A DNA stretch of 64,000 bases from a virus (taxonomy: Duplodnaviria > Heunggongvirae > Uroviricota > Caudoviricetes). Positions 45,701 to 55,622 of the stretch are shown here, in pieces; within the stretch, counting starts at the first letter, position 1, and every line of letters starts with the position of its first letter. The DNA lies in IMG/VR virus record IMGVR_UViG_3300025133_006513, positions 53,289-117,288 of that record; one strand, written 5' to 3'. The notes below the pieces were generated by a model, which ran no database searches, was not told where the DNA came from, and worked only from the letters and a program-made list of their open reading frames with translations. The translations under genes were made by a program, and so were the position numbers.

Positions 45701-47830
45701 ATGCTTATAACTCGTTTAACGCTGAAGAATTTCTGCCAGCACAGAGACCTTACACTCGACTTCCAGGCAGGGTTGAACATGTTGGCAGGGCCGAACGGTG
45801 CGGGTAAGACTAACATCTTACGCGGACTGCAGTTGGCCCTTATTGGTGACGCAGGTGGCGATCGGAAGAAGTCGGAAGACGTCTCCCAGGGAAAGCCGAA
45901 TGACGAACCATCGTATGTTGAGGCAGAGCTGTCGCACGGGGGCGCCACGATAGTGGTCCGCCGCGGATTGTCGCCTACAGGTAACAAGCTCACCATCGGT
46001 GGTGAGGAGTGGACGTCAGTGACGGAGATCAACGCTGAGTTGTGTCGTCGTCTTGGTGCCACGAAGAAGCAGATCGCTGATTACATCTTTGTGCGACAGC
46101 GTAAGATCGATGAGATGTTTGATCAGAAGCCTGCAGAGCGAGCTGCGTCACTTGCTGCACTCTTCGGTGTTGAGCATGCTGACAAGGTGTACAAGAAGAT
46201 GGGTGAGTTCCTCAGCTCGGTCGAAGTCCCAACGACAGCGATCGACGAGGATACCCTGATTCATGAACTGTCTTCGAAGCAGGCCATACTGTTGGGCGTG
46301 CAGGCTAAGCTTGAGGAGCTGGACATGCCTGATGACCTGCAGGCCGCGTTGGCGCAATCGCAACAGTTTATTAACGAGTACGAGCAGAAGGCGGCAGCTA
46401 GCGACGAGTACGCGCGTATCGCTGATTTGCATAACGCTAAGCAGATGGAGTTGAAGACTGCAGAGGTGCCGTTGGCAGAGTTAGATGCATCTATCGCTGA
46501 TGTAGAGTCTGCTGCGGAGCTGTTAAAGCCACTATGCGATGCCGCTGCGAAGCAGCAAGAGCAGTGGCGTGCCTATCATACGTCTGTGCAGTCACGTAAC
46601 GCTCTTGAGCGAGATCGTATTGCCCTTAAGGCTGACGTGGATGCGTTGGTGGTGCCAACTAAACCTGTGACGGTGTACACCGAAGCAGACGAATATCGAT
46701 ATGATCATTTGGTTACTCGTCGGCGTACAATCGGTACCACGTTACGTCAGCTGGAGGGTGGGCATGACTGTCACGCTTGTGGGCAGACGTTACCTGGCGC
46801 CAGTGAGCGTATTAAGCGAACTGCAGAGTTGAACGCTGAGGACGTAGAGATCGGCAGCGAGTTACCCAATCTGGTTGCACGTAGAACTGCGGCTGAGCTG
46901 TATGCAGAGGCTGACACCGCTTATAAGCTGGCGTTAGATGTATGTGATGCCACCGCAAAGCAGCTGGGTATTCGTGGTTCCGCGTTGCAATCCTTCGACG
47001 CACCAGGCACACCTGAGGAAGAACTCCAAGCCACTCTCGATGAACGGCAGGAGTTTCTCAGTGTGTTCAATGTGTTAGCTGCACGTAAGCTGGATTTAAC
47101 GGTTAAGCTCAGTGCGTTGGGTGGCGAGGTCAAGCAATTGGCCCAGTCGCGATCAGACGCCTGTGGTGTAATGAACAGCCTTGCGGATTGCGATCGGGAG
47201 GAGTACCTGGATGCACAAGAGCGTTACAGGGTGCTAACGCTGAAAGGTAAACAGCAGCAGCACATGCAGCAGCAGATAGCGATCGCTGAGGCACAGGCTA
47301 ATGCTACGCAGCGGCAGCTGGAAGACGTATGTAAAGTCAAACAGCAGGGGCAGCAGACGCGTGACGTCGTGGCACACCTGACTGAAGTACGTAACGTCTT
47401 CCACCGCACTGAAGCTCCAAAGATGGTATCGTATACCTACGTGGAGACAATGCTTGGCGAGGTCAACGAGGCACTCGACTTATTCGACGCCCCGTTCCGT
47501 GTCGAGATGGATGAGAACTTGGGCTTTACTGCTCGGTTCTTGGATGGTGTGCGGGTACAGCCCGACAGCAACCTGTCCGTTGGCGAGCGTATCTTGCTCG
47601 CGATGGCATTTAGGATCACTGTCAACTCAACCTTTGCAGGTCAAGTTGGTGTGCTGATCATGGACGAACCCACGGCAGGTTTGGACGAGAGTAACCTCGG
47701 CAACCTACCGCGGGCAATCGAACGCCTTCGTGACTTATCACACGAACGCGGACTGCAAGTACTATTTGTAACCCACGAGCCGCGAATAGCTCATCACTTC
47801 GACAACGTCATAGAACTACCCGCAGCATGA
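45701..47830 (+). CDS. Rad50/SbcC-like SMC ATPase
   Basis: Walker A GPNGAGKTN. Coiled-coil middle with CHACGQ (CxxC zinc hook). Signature/Walker B LLAMAF...LIMDEPTAGLD. Confidence 0.8.
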   Translation: MLITRLTLKNFCQHRDLTLDFQAGLNMLAGPNGAGKTNILRGLQLALIGDAGGDRKKSEDVSQGKPNDEPSYVEAELSHGGATIVVRRGLSPTGNKLTIGGEEWTSVTEINAELCRRLGATKKQIADYIFVRQRKIDEMFDQKPAERAASLAALFGVEHADKVYKKMGEFLSSVEVPTTAIDEDTLIHELSSKQAILLGVQAKLEELDMPDDLQAALAQSQQFINEYEQKAAASDEYARIADLHNAKQMELKTAEVPLAELDASIADVESAAELLKPLCDAAAKQQEQWRAYHTSVQSRNALERDRIALKADVDALVVPTKPVTVYTEADEYRYDHLVTRRRTIGTTLRQLEGGHDCHACGQTLPGASERIKRTAELNAEDVEIGSELPNLVARRTAAELYAEADTAYKLALDVCDATAKQLGIRGSALQSFDAPGTPEEELQATLDERQEFLSVFNVLAARKLDLTVKLSALGGEVKQLAQSRSDACGVMNSLADCDREEYLDAQERYRVLTLKGKQQQHMQQQIAIAEAQANATQRQLEDVCKVKQQGQQTRDVVAHLTEVRNVFHRTEAPKMVSYTYVETMLGEVNEALDLFDAPFRVEMDENLGFTARFLDGVRVQPDSNLSVGERILLAMAFRITVNSTFAGQVGVLIMDEPTAGLDESNLGNLPRAIERLRDLSHERGLQVLFVTHEPRIAHHFDNVIELPAA

Positions 47831-48867
47831 AATCATCAACTGACACACAAGCGATTAAGCTACAAGTTAGTCAGGGAAGGATTTGGTATCTTGATCGTGA
47901 TTTTGAATATCCTCGCAACTCTGGTATGTCACCAGAGGCATTCCTCGCAAGCGAACTGATCGCGCCGGACGCGTTCATCAGAACTGTTGGCAGCCCTGTC
48001 AACGTTAGTCTGATCATGCGTCTGTACGATCTCAAGCAGAAGGGAAGAATAGGGAAGGTGGAGGTATGCTCACCTTTAGTGTGTCGTGTTGCTAAACATC
48101 GACGAGACCCGGAGGCTGTGTTGATGGCGATGCGTCGCTTTAGCAGAGCTGCAAGTTTGGGTGGCTTCCACGAAGTAGGGGAGCATGACTATCGCTCGTA
48201 TGCGTTAGCCAATGCACTGCATCAGGGCGCCCAGGAAGGGCAGCCTGTTAACAGTCACGTGTTAGGGCTGTTGCGTGCGCACCCTGCGTGGCGACCGCTG
48301 TCTTTCATCACAAGCCTTAATCAGGTCGCCACGGCGGGACTCCTCGGGTATATCCTGGACCCACGGTGGTATGTTGATGAGTGTAGTCCTGATAGCATAG
48401 GCAAGCTCTACGAGTGGCTGGGCCTTACGCCCAGAACTCAGGCGGGTGTGTCGGGTAACCGATCACCAGGTCGGCACCATAAGCGGTGTCAACTGGTGTT
48501 GCAGTGCTGGAAGAACAGTCAGCTGGAACTGGCGATACGTGATCGATTTGAACTGTGTCTGCCGCAACCTGTTAATGATTGTGACCTGCCCGGCTGGGCT
48601 CCGTCGGATATTATCTGGCGGCAGTGGGGACAGAAGCTGAAATTGGGGGTGCCAGACGCTAAGCCTGGAGACCCTGTTATGGCGGACCTACGGGCTTCGC
48701 AGCGGTTTATTGCATTCCTACGTTTGACGTGGATCAGCGAGATTTATCGGGACTCACCGGCGACACCAGATGATGGTGCACCGTTGTTCCGCCCCTCTGA
48801 TTTCTTCAAGAACGAACTAGAGTCTGCAGCCTACGAGCAGCATCAACTTGAGAATGGGATGATATAA
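47827..48867 (+). CDS. hypothetical protein
   Basis: 346-aa ORF. ATGA overlap with the upstream gene. Confidence 0.55.
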   Translation: MKSSTDTQAIKLQVSQGRIWYLDRDFEYPRNSGMSPEAFLASELIAPDAFIRTVGSPVNVSLIMRLYDLKQKGRIGKVEVCSPLVCRVAKHRRDPEAVLMAMRRFSRAASLGGFHEVGEHDYRSYALANALHQGAQEGQPVNSHVLGLLRAHPAWRPLSFITSLNQVATAGLLGYILDPRWYVDECSPDSIGKLYEWLGLTPRTQAGVSGNRSPGRHHKRCQLVLQCWKNSQLELAIRDRFELCLPQPVNDCDLPGWAPSDIIWRQWGQKLKLGVPDAKPGDPVMADLRASQRFIAFLRLTWISEIYRDSPATPDDGAPLFRPSDFFKNELESAAYEQHQLENGMI

Positions 48868-49002
48868 AGCACCATATGTGGTACCATGCATCGTCGCAGA
48901 CCACAAAATACAGGTAACGTGGTAGCCCCTCGTGACAGCCATTGACTGGCGTCACAGGGGTAGCTACGATTACCAGAACCGAATGGGGACAAGGACGCTC
49001 CC

Positions 49003-49443
49003 ATGCAGGAGATAGATATCAAAATCAAGTTCGACCAGCACTCGCTGGGGGACTGCCGGCAGAAGCGAGTTAGCCGGATGGTGCATGCGCCCGACGGGCG
49101 TGTGATGTTTTTGCCTGCATGGTGGCAGGCATTAATGCGGTACGCTGCTGAGGTAGCTAACCGACATCATGATGTGGTTAAGGGAATAGACTGGGATCCA
49201 GTGATCGAGGGAACGCCACGTGAGTATAAACGATTCTACGCACAGGGCAGATTCACCGTTCACGAAGCCTTCTTTCCAGGGGACACCATCTGTGTCCACG
49301 CTGTCATCCCGGCAGCATTACCATTGCTTGATTTCCATGAGCTGCTGCGCATTGCTGGGCGGTATCAAGGAATCAGCCCCTACAGAAAAGGAGAGTACGG
49401 CACCTTCGAGGTGATAAGTGTAGTCCCCCGAACTAGGGACTAG
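49003..49443 (+). CDS. hypothetical protein
   Basis: 146-aa ORF. Confidence 0.5.
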   Translation: MQEIDIKIKFDQHSLGDCRQKRVSRMVHAPDGRVMFLPAWWQALMRYAAEVANRHHDVVKGIDWDPVIEGTPREYKRFYAQGRFTVHEAFFPGDTICVHAVIPAALPLLDFHELLRIAGRYQGISPYRKGEYGTFEVISVVPRTRD

Positions 49444-49480
49444 CGACATCGGCTGGCACTGATGTCTACCAAATAAAAAA

Positions 49481-49514
49481 GGAGCTCCACTGGCATGGAG
49501 CCCCTTTGTGATTC
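49481..49514 (+). terminator. possible rho-independent terminator (weak U-tract)
   Basis: GGAGCTCCA / TGGAGCCCC stem with one mismatch, followed by TTTGTGATT. Confidence 0.4.
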
Positions 49515-49614
49515 GCGACCACGGGGAAATGGTCAATCGGACGGTCAATACGTCCGATGGTAGCTCTCCGTACGTTCGCTGTCAACACCAGCATTTCACG
49601 GAGACCCCCAGAAA

Positions 49615-51159
49615 ATGGGCAAACGGGCGATAATTAAGCAAGGTAGCCCCTTCATAGAGGTATCTGCAGACGGCGAGATTCCGCTATCTGCGATAGCATA
49701 CGCACCACTCGAAGCTGCGTTAACTTACACGCACATCACATTCGAGTTTGGGCAGAAGTATAAAGGTGATACTGGTCGCGGGAACCAGATGAAGCCTAAG
49801 GAACGCCGGCTGTTCCAATATGACGCGCAAGGCCGTCTTGTCTGCCAAAAAGGCTTCTATTCTAAGGTTCGCGGCCTGTTAGAGGCCGCTGGCTTCGAAG
49901 TAATCTTCATCAACAAGGATGCTCCGAAGGCTGATGAGATCTACACGGCAGACTGGGATCGCATCTTTGAAAAGTTCCAGCTACGCCCTCAGCAGGATAC
50001 ATGTTTGGCGCAGATTGACATGCATGATGGTGGCTTGATCGACGCCCCGCCGGCGTTCGGTAAGACACATGTGATGGCAATGATTGCATGTATGTACCCT
50101 CACGCCAAAATTGATGTCGTGACTAAGCGAAAAGACGTGGTCGGACGGATCAAGAACCTCATGACCCGGTGGGTCCCGAGCATCGGCCAGATCGGCGGCG
50201 GTAAGAAAGATCGTGATCGCAGGGTTACGGTCTACACGGCGGACAGTCTGCATCACAGTGACTTCAACGCTGATATTCTCTTGGCTGACGAAGCCCACGA
50301 GCTAATGACCGATCGGCTCGCTGAGCAGCTTAGTCGCTACTGGCATTCCCGCAATTTCTGCTTCACAGCCACCCCAGATACCCGTCTCGATAATGCACAC
50401 TTCCGCTTGGAAGGTATCTTCGGGCCGCGTATCTTCCGGATGACACAGCAGGAGGCGGAAGCTGCAGGCCTCGTATCGCACATCTACGTGCAGTGGATCG
50501 ATGTGGACTGTGAAGGGCACGACCCCGTCGGCCAGTTGCAACAATCTACAGCCCAGAAGCGTGCGGGTATCTGGCGGAACATTTGGCGAAATCAAGCTGT
50601 CGTTGAAGCAGCTCGCTCGTTCCTCGCTGATAAGCTGCAAGTACTGATCATGGTCGACACAGTCGATCACGCTATGCATCTGCGCGAGCTAATGCCCGAG
50701 GCCACGTTGGTCTACGGTGAAGGCTCTGTGGATGCTGCTAAGCATACGAGTTACGTCAGAGCGGGTATCGTCACTGAGGAAGAGTTCATGACGCCTCAGC
50801 GGCGTGTTGAGCTAGGACAGCAGTTCGAGCGGCGGGAGTTGATGTGTGTCATTGCCACGGGCGTCTGGTCAACAGGTGTCAGTTTTGACTCGCTCAACGT
50901 AATGATCCGCGCAGACGCTGGCGATAGTGACACCGCGAACGTTCAGGTTCCTGGGCGTGTGTGTCGTATTCACCCTGAGTCAGGGAAGCAAGCTGGGATA
51001 CTTGTCGACTTCAATGACAAGTGGAACACCAAATTTCATGGACGCTCTGTTAATCGGCGTCGGACATATCATAAACGTGGTTGGACGCAGCTCTCGCAAA
51101 ATGGCGATGTCTGGGATCCTGGAAAGAGAGGTAAGCGTGTCGGAACGAGCAGGCACTAG
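49615..51159 (+). CDS. SF2 DEAH-box DNA helicase (UvsW/RecG-like)
   Basis: Motif I APPAFGKTH. Motif II LLADEAHE. Motif III FTATPD. Motif VI QVPGRVCRIHP. Confidence 0.6.
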   Translation: MGKRAIIKQGSPFIEVSADGEIPLSAIAYAPLEAALTYTHITFEFGQKYKGDTGRGNQMKPKERRLFQYDAQGRLVCQKGFYSKVRGLLEAAGFEVIFINKDAPKADEIYTADWDRIFEKFQLRPQQDTCLAQIDMHDGGLIDAPPAFGKTHVMAMIACMYPHAKIDVVTKRKDVVGRIKNLMTRWVPSIGQIGGGKKDRDRRVTVYTADSLHHSDFNADILLADEAHELMTDRLAEQLSRYWHSRNFCFTATPDTRLDNAHFRLEGIFGPRIFRMTQQEAEAAGLVSHIYVQWIDVDCEGHDPVGQLQQSTAQKRAGIWRNIWRNQAVVEAARSFLADKLQVLIMVDTVDHAMHLRELMPEATLVYGEGSVDAAKHTSYVRAGIVTEEEFMTPQRRVELGQQFERRELMCVIATGVWSTGVSFDSLNVMIRADAGDSDTANVQVPGRVCRIHPESGKQAGILVDFNDKWNTKFHGRSVNRRRTYHKRGWTQLSQNGDVWDPGKRGKRVGTSRH

Positions 51160-51856
51160 GGCTGGGCAAATGCAGACGCCGCCACCGGAGGAGGCGTCTG
51201 CAGCACCTGCACCACCCATGCATGAGACGCAGCGGGCAGCTTATAGGCTGGCGATGGCCTATAGGCGATCTAGTCGTTCTCGTGATGTGCAGAACCATGG
51301 TATGGCGAGTTACATCGGTGATACGATCGGAGAGCTCAAACCAATCTATCTTGATGTGGCTCGGTGGGCTATACGCCAAGATATTCATAATTTTGAAGGG
51401 TATGTCACGTCGCAGTTTGCATACACCAAGCAAGGCGTAGTTGGTGACGATACGCTGCACGACGCCGTGAATATGGGTGGTGCTTACAAGACGAAGGCGG
51501 CATTGCAGCGGTACCATGTGTACAGCAGGCATACCCCGCGGGCTATGAAACAAGAGCTAGAATCAGGTAGTGAGCATTTCAAGGCACGTGCCCTGGCTGC
51601 GACCTACGCATTCCCCGAGTACACCGACAAGCAGAAGTGGAACTTTGTTCTTATGAACAACTTTAGTGACCTAACGGCACTGTTCCGCTACTGCATAGCT
51701 GTTGGTGAGGGTTTACAGGCTCCGCAGGATGAGTTTCATCTCGCGGCGTTGCAGCAGTTGTTGACAGACCCAATCAACTATACCGCAGCGTGGGGTGGTG
51801 CTATTCCTGCGTCATTAAAGAAGCAGGCCGAAGACATAATTCTAATCAAGCTGTAG
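51137..51856 (+). CDS. hypothetical protein (start uncertain)
   Basis: Frame of ORF 50927..51856. GTG at 51137 lies after AGAGAGG. The part upstream overlaps the helicase. Confidence 0.4.
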   Translation: MSERAGTRAGQMQTPPPEEASAAPAPPMHETQRAAYRLAMAYRRSSRSRDVQNHGMASYIGDTIGELKPIYLDVARWAIRQDIHNFEGYVTSQFAYTKQGVVGDDTLHDAVNMGGAYKTKAALQRYHVYSRHTPRAMKQELESGSEHFKARALAATYAFPEYTDKQKWNFVLMNNFSDLTALFRYCIAVGEGLQAPQDEFHLAALQQLLTDPINYTAAWGGAIPASLKKQAEDIILIKL

Positions 51857-51864
51857 GAGCCAGG

Positions 51865-53514
51865 ATGAATCCTATGATCCCGGCCACCGAGGCCAACCCG
51901 ATGGCGGCGAGCCCAATGGTGTCGCATATACCGCCAGAGGCAGACCAGGCTGCGATGAGGCTTGATTTCCTGTTTATGCATATCGTGCAGCATCAGGGTA
52001 CGTTTGATCTTGCATATTCGCAGTTAGAGCCAGACATGCTGGCTAATAATCGTGAGATGCATTACCGGCATGTCTGGCGATGCATCAAGGCACACTGGGA
52101 TGAGTTCGGTCGCATACCTGCGTACGAATCCCTGTGCACAGCGGCACTCCCCGCCGTTGCTGAGGATAGCATCGCTAAGATGAGCAAAGCGGTCAAAGAC
52201 ATGATCATCGAGCAAACGGAGACGTTGCTTGCTTTCATGTACGCCCCTGAGCATAACGCAGAGAATCTTGAGGTAGAATTTGCTACGGCCATCTTACGCG
52301 AGCTCTTGATCGACAGAGGTCCTGAGCTTGAGATTCGTCGTGCCGTGGCGAGCGCAGCTACCAGCATGATTACTAACCTGCCAGATATTGTGCAGCGAGC
52401 CCAGAAGCGTATCGAGGACATCACGTCACTGGGTACGATACAGGAAGAGACCACTACCGTACCTAAGGTATGGGAACAGGTAGCTGTTCCTCGTGTACCT
52501 TGTGGTGTTGAATGGGTCGATACAATCATGGGCGGAGGTGCGGAGCCTGGTAACTGTATGGTCATCATGGGGCCGACAGGTGGCGGTAAAACCACAACCT
52601 CTATGCAAATCGCCGTCACAGCAGCAGCACTACAACCGATCGACCCGAACCCTGGGCTGGTTGTGTTCATTAGTTACGAAGATGACATGCGTATGATTCA
52701 GATTCGAGCCACATCGTGTGGTGCGAATGTGTTGAAGGACTCACTTCGTGATGCTAAATCAGGCGTGAGTTTCAGTTCTGTTGGGAATTTGAAGCCATAC
52801 GAACAGAGCTTGTATGGTGCAGGTATCCCGAAGCACGAGCGGCTTGGTGAGATAGAACGCATCAAGATGGCCGAGCCGTGGTTGGATAAGTACCTGCATC
52901 TGGTTGACTTTCATGATCCCGCTAAAGGTGGTCGTGGTGGTATTCCAGAGGTCAGGGCACGCCTTATGGCCCTCCAAGAGAAACATGGCCTGCCAATCAA
53001 AACAGTTGTCTTAGACTGGGCGGGTACGCTGGTAACCAACTACCTGCAAGGTATCGGTATCTCGGCGGACGGCTCCAGGATGTCGCTCGAGCTGCAAGAC
53101 CTTGTACGGAAGTGTAAGCATGAGCTGGGTATCCCTTTCGGGTGTACTGTATGGATACCGCACCAGTTGACAGGTAAGTGCAATAAAGCATCACCGTCGA
53201 CATTCCCGCATCACGCAGATGCTCAATGGTGTAGCACGTTCTCCGATCACGCGACGTATGCGTTTGTACTGGGGACTAAAGACAAAGAGCATAGTATCGT
53301 GCAATTCGGGGCCACTAAGACCCGACACGGTGAGACACCTGGCCCAATCATCCTTAAGGTGGACGGGGCATTCTGTCGTATGGTCGACGTTACCAAACAA
53401 TTCTCTGTTGATCGTATCTCTGGACGCTTGGTGCCCCAGAAAGACGCAGCAAAATTCCATGTTAGCGATGCGGCTATTGAGGCTGTATCGTCGGATGTAA
53501 ATAGTGATAGATGA
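51865..53514 (+). CDS. DnaB-like replicative helicase
   Basis: GGAGCC RBS. Walker A VIMGPTGGGKTTTSMQIA. RecA-like C-terminal domain. The primase lies immediately downstream. Confidence 0.7.
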   Translation: MNPMIPATEANPMAASPMVSHIPPEADQAAMRLDFLFMHIVQHQGTFDLAYSQLEPDMLANNREMHYRHVWRCIKAHWDEFGRIPAYESLCTAALPAVAEDSIAKMSKAVKDMIIEQTETLLAFMYAPEHNAENLEVEFATAILRELLIDRGPELEIRRAVASAATSMITNLPDIVQRAQKRIEDITSLGTIQEETTTVPKVWEQVAVPRVPCGVEWVDTIMGGGAEPGNCMVIMGPTGGGKTTTSMQIAVTAAALQPIDPNPGLVVFISYEDDMRMIQIRATSCGANVLKDSLRDAKSGVSFSSVGNLKPYEQSLYGAGIPKHERLGEIERIKMAEPWLDKYLHLVDFHDPAKGGRGGIPEVRARLMALQEKHGLPIKTVVLDWAGTLVTNYLQGIGISADGSRMSLELQDLVRKCKHELGIPFGCTVWIPHQLTGKCNKASPSTFPHHADAQWCSTFSDHATYAFVLGTKDKEHSIVQFGATKTRHGETPGPIILKVDGAFCRMVDVTKQFSVDRISGRLVPQKDAAKFHVSDAAIEAVSSDVNSDR

Positions 53515-55622
53515 ATAGCTCACAACTAACTATGGCGTCTTTGGATAATCTCGCACCGTCGCCGGTGTTGAACCCAACGCTGTACGATCGCATGGTCAAA
53601 ATGTATGGCAGCGTGATCGTAGCTAAGCAGGGTGAGGCCATGTACGGCGGTGGACTGGACTTCGATGGTATGCGTACAAGCTACAAACCGTTGACGTCTG
53701 GGGAGTACTACAGAATAAATTGTTTTGCTGGTGAAACGCTAGTAGCAACAAAGTATGGCGATAAGCCTATTTCTGCGTTAGTAGGGACGGCTGAGCTACT
53801 GGTGCCTAATGCGAAGGGGCTCGGGAGCTGGCGATCCGTAGAGGTTCGTAGTTTCGGTAAGCAGCGGCTGTTACGCTTAACTATTAAGAGACATGGTACT
53901 GTTCGAAACATTCGCGTGACTGCAGATCATCGTTGGCTGTTAAGTGGCGGTAATGGTTGTTATCAAGAAGCGACTACATCCTCACTTGTGCAGGGGGATA
54001 AGTTAGCCTCTTGTTTTGCACGCAAGCTTGTTAGTTATGGGTCACATATGCCAGCCGTGTCGCCATTTGGCGTCGCACGTGGTTTTGTGTTTGGTGACGG
54101 GAGCACCGCTACCGCTAGGCCGCAGCGCCCTGCTTGGGTGGATCTACATGGCGAGAAGGATAAAGCATTGCTACCGTTTTTCTCAATGTGTTGTGCGGTT
54201 GACGTAGGTCCGGCTGTTGTGCGTATAGGCGGGCTACCTCGACAGTGGAAATCGGTACCGTATGAAGTTGTGGATCTTACTACGCTGTGCGGCTGGCTGG
54301 CTGGTTACTTCGCTGCTGACGGGTCCGTCTCGAAGCCGGGTACGCAAGCGGTCCTCGGTTCGGCTAATCTAGAGGGATTGCAGTTTGCTCGCGGAGTGTG
54401 TTATCAGTTAGGAATTCGCATTTCTCCAGTGCGAAAGATAAAACGATCATCTAATGGCTGTGTACCTAATGCGTGTGATTTCCCGTATTACGAGTTCTCT
54501 TTTCCGGCGTCTGATGTCCCTATTGATTTTTGGATCATCGCGGAACATAGACGGCGAGTGCAAGCAGCCGTCGACCGCAATGTAAGTACGGTGCGGGCTT
54601 GGTGGACAGTTGAAGCCGTTGAGGACGACGGAGACGAGGATGAGGTGTTTTGTGCTATAGTGCCGGGTGATGAGAAATTTACACTGGCTAATAACTTACT
54701 AACACGTAACTGCCCATTCTGCCTTAAGCGGGGCGCGGTGGATACTAAGCATCGTCTGTGGATCAATCACAGGTGGGGTGTCGGGCTTGACCCCGACAAT
54801 GAGTTCTACGATCCGAACGATAAGTTCTGGTGGATGGCTGTGTGCTACAACGAGAACTGTCTGGATAACCCGGAGTATCGCAGGACGTTACGTACGTCGC
54901 TGTACGCAGGTGTTGGGCGTGAGAATCACGGGGAGGTTGTTAAAATTCTTCCCGGTAAGACAGACTCAGGAGCTCTCGGGGTGGTTGACTACCCGGGGAA
55001 CTGCCAACTGCTTAATACGCTGCCGCATGACCACAAGGCCTACCAGTACATGCTGGGCCGCGGGTTATCGCCGGAGATGCTTGGCGAGGAGTACGGTGTG
55101 GCGTATTGCCACGAGTCGCTTATGACACCGGTAGCCGCGGCTAAGATCATCATCCCCATCCACATGGACGGCAAGATGGTGAGCTGGCAGGCCCGACCGC
55201 CGTACGACATCGATTGGAAGGCTGCTCGTCAGCCAAAGTATTACAACTGCCCGGGGACCAACAAGCGACTGATGCTATACGGGGCCCAGCAGTCAATGGA
55301 TATGAAGTTCTGCATTGTTGTAGAGGGCGTGACAGATGTTTGGGCTATTGGCGCCGGTGCGGTGTCTGTGCTCGGTAAGGTCATGTCAATGCAACAAGCA
55401 GTCGTCATTAATAAGCTATGGCCTGTAGCCATACTAGTGCTCGACGCCGGCACGGCTGTCGAGAGTAATAAGATGCGTGACCTACTCACGCACGGGGGTA
55501 CACGTGTCGTCACGGTGGAGATGCCAGAGGGCTTAGACCCGGCATCCATCGATCGTGACTATCTGTTTGATTTGCTCTACGGGGCAGCTTCGACGCAAGG
55601 AGTTGATTTACTTACTTTATGA
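53511..55622 (+). CDS. DNA primase (zinc ribbon plus TOPRIM) interrupted by an intein; exteins 53511-53720 and 54711-55622
   Basis: C-extein zinc ribbon CPFC...C..C. TOPRIM motifs CIVVEGVTDVWAIG and LVLDAGTA. ATGA overlap with the DnaB-like gene. Confidence 0.7.
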   Translation: MNSSQLTMASLDNLAPSPVLNPTLYDRMVKMYGSVIVAKQGEAMYGGGLDFDGMRTSYKPLTSGEYYRINCFAGETLVATKYGDKPISALVGTAELLVPNAKGLGSWRSVEVRSFGKQRLLRLTIKRHGTVRNIRVTADHRWLLSGGNGCYQEATTSSLVQGDKLASCFARKLVSYGSHMPAVSPFGVARGFVFGDGSTATARPQRPAWVDLHGEKDKALLPFFSMCCAVDVGPAVVRIGGLPRQWKSVPYEVVDLTTLCGWLAGYFAADGSVSKPGTQAVLGSANLEGLQFARGVCYQLGIRISPVRKIKRSSNGCVPNACDFPYYEFSFPASDVPIDFWIIAEHRRRVQAAVDRNVSTVRAWWTVEAVEDDGDEDEVFCAIVPGDEKFTLANNLLTRNCPFCLKRGAVDTKHRLWINHRWGVGLDPDNEFYDPNDKFWWMAVCYNENCLDNPEYRRTLRTSLYAGVGRENHGEVVKILPGKTDSGALGVVDYPGNCQLLNTLPHDHKAYQYMLGRGLSPEMLGEEYGVAYCHESLMTPVAAAKIIIPIHMDGKMVSWQARPPYDIDWKAARQPKYYNCPGTNKRLMLYGAQQSMDMKFCIVVEGVTDVWAIGAGAVSVLGKVMSMQQAVVINKLWPVAILVLDAGTAVESNKMRDLLTHGGTRVVTVEMPEGLDPASIDRDYLFDLLYGAASTQGVDLLTL
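53721..54710 (+). mobile_element. intein (330 aa) with LAGLIDADG homing endonuclease domain
   Basis: Block A CFAGETLV. Block B TADHRWLL. LAGLIDADG-type LAGYFAADGS. Blocks F/G VFCAIVPGDEKFTLANNLLTRN followed by the +1 Cys of CPFC. Confidence 0.7.
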
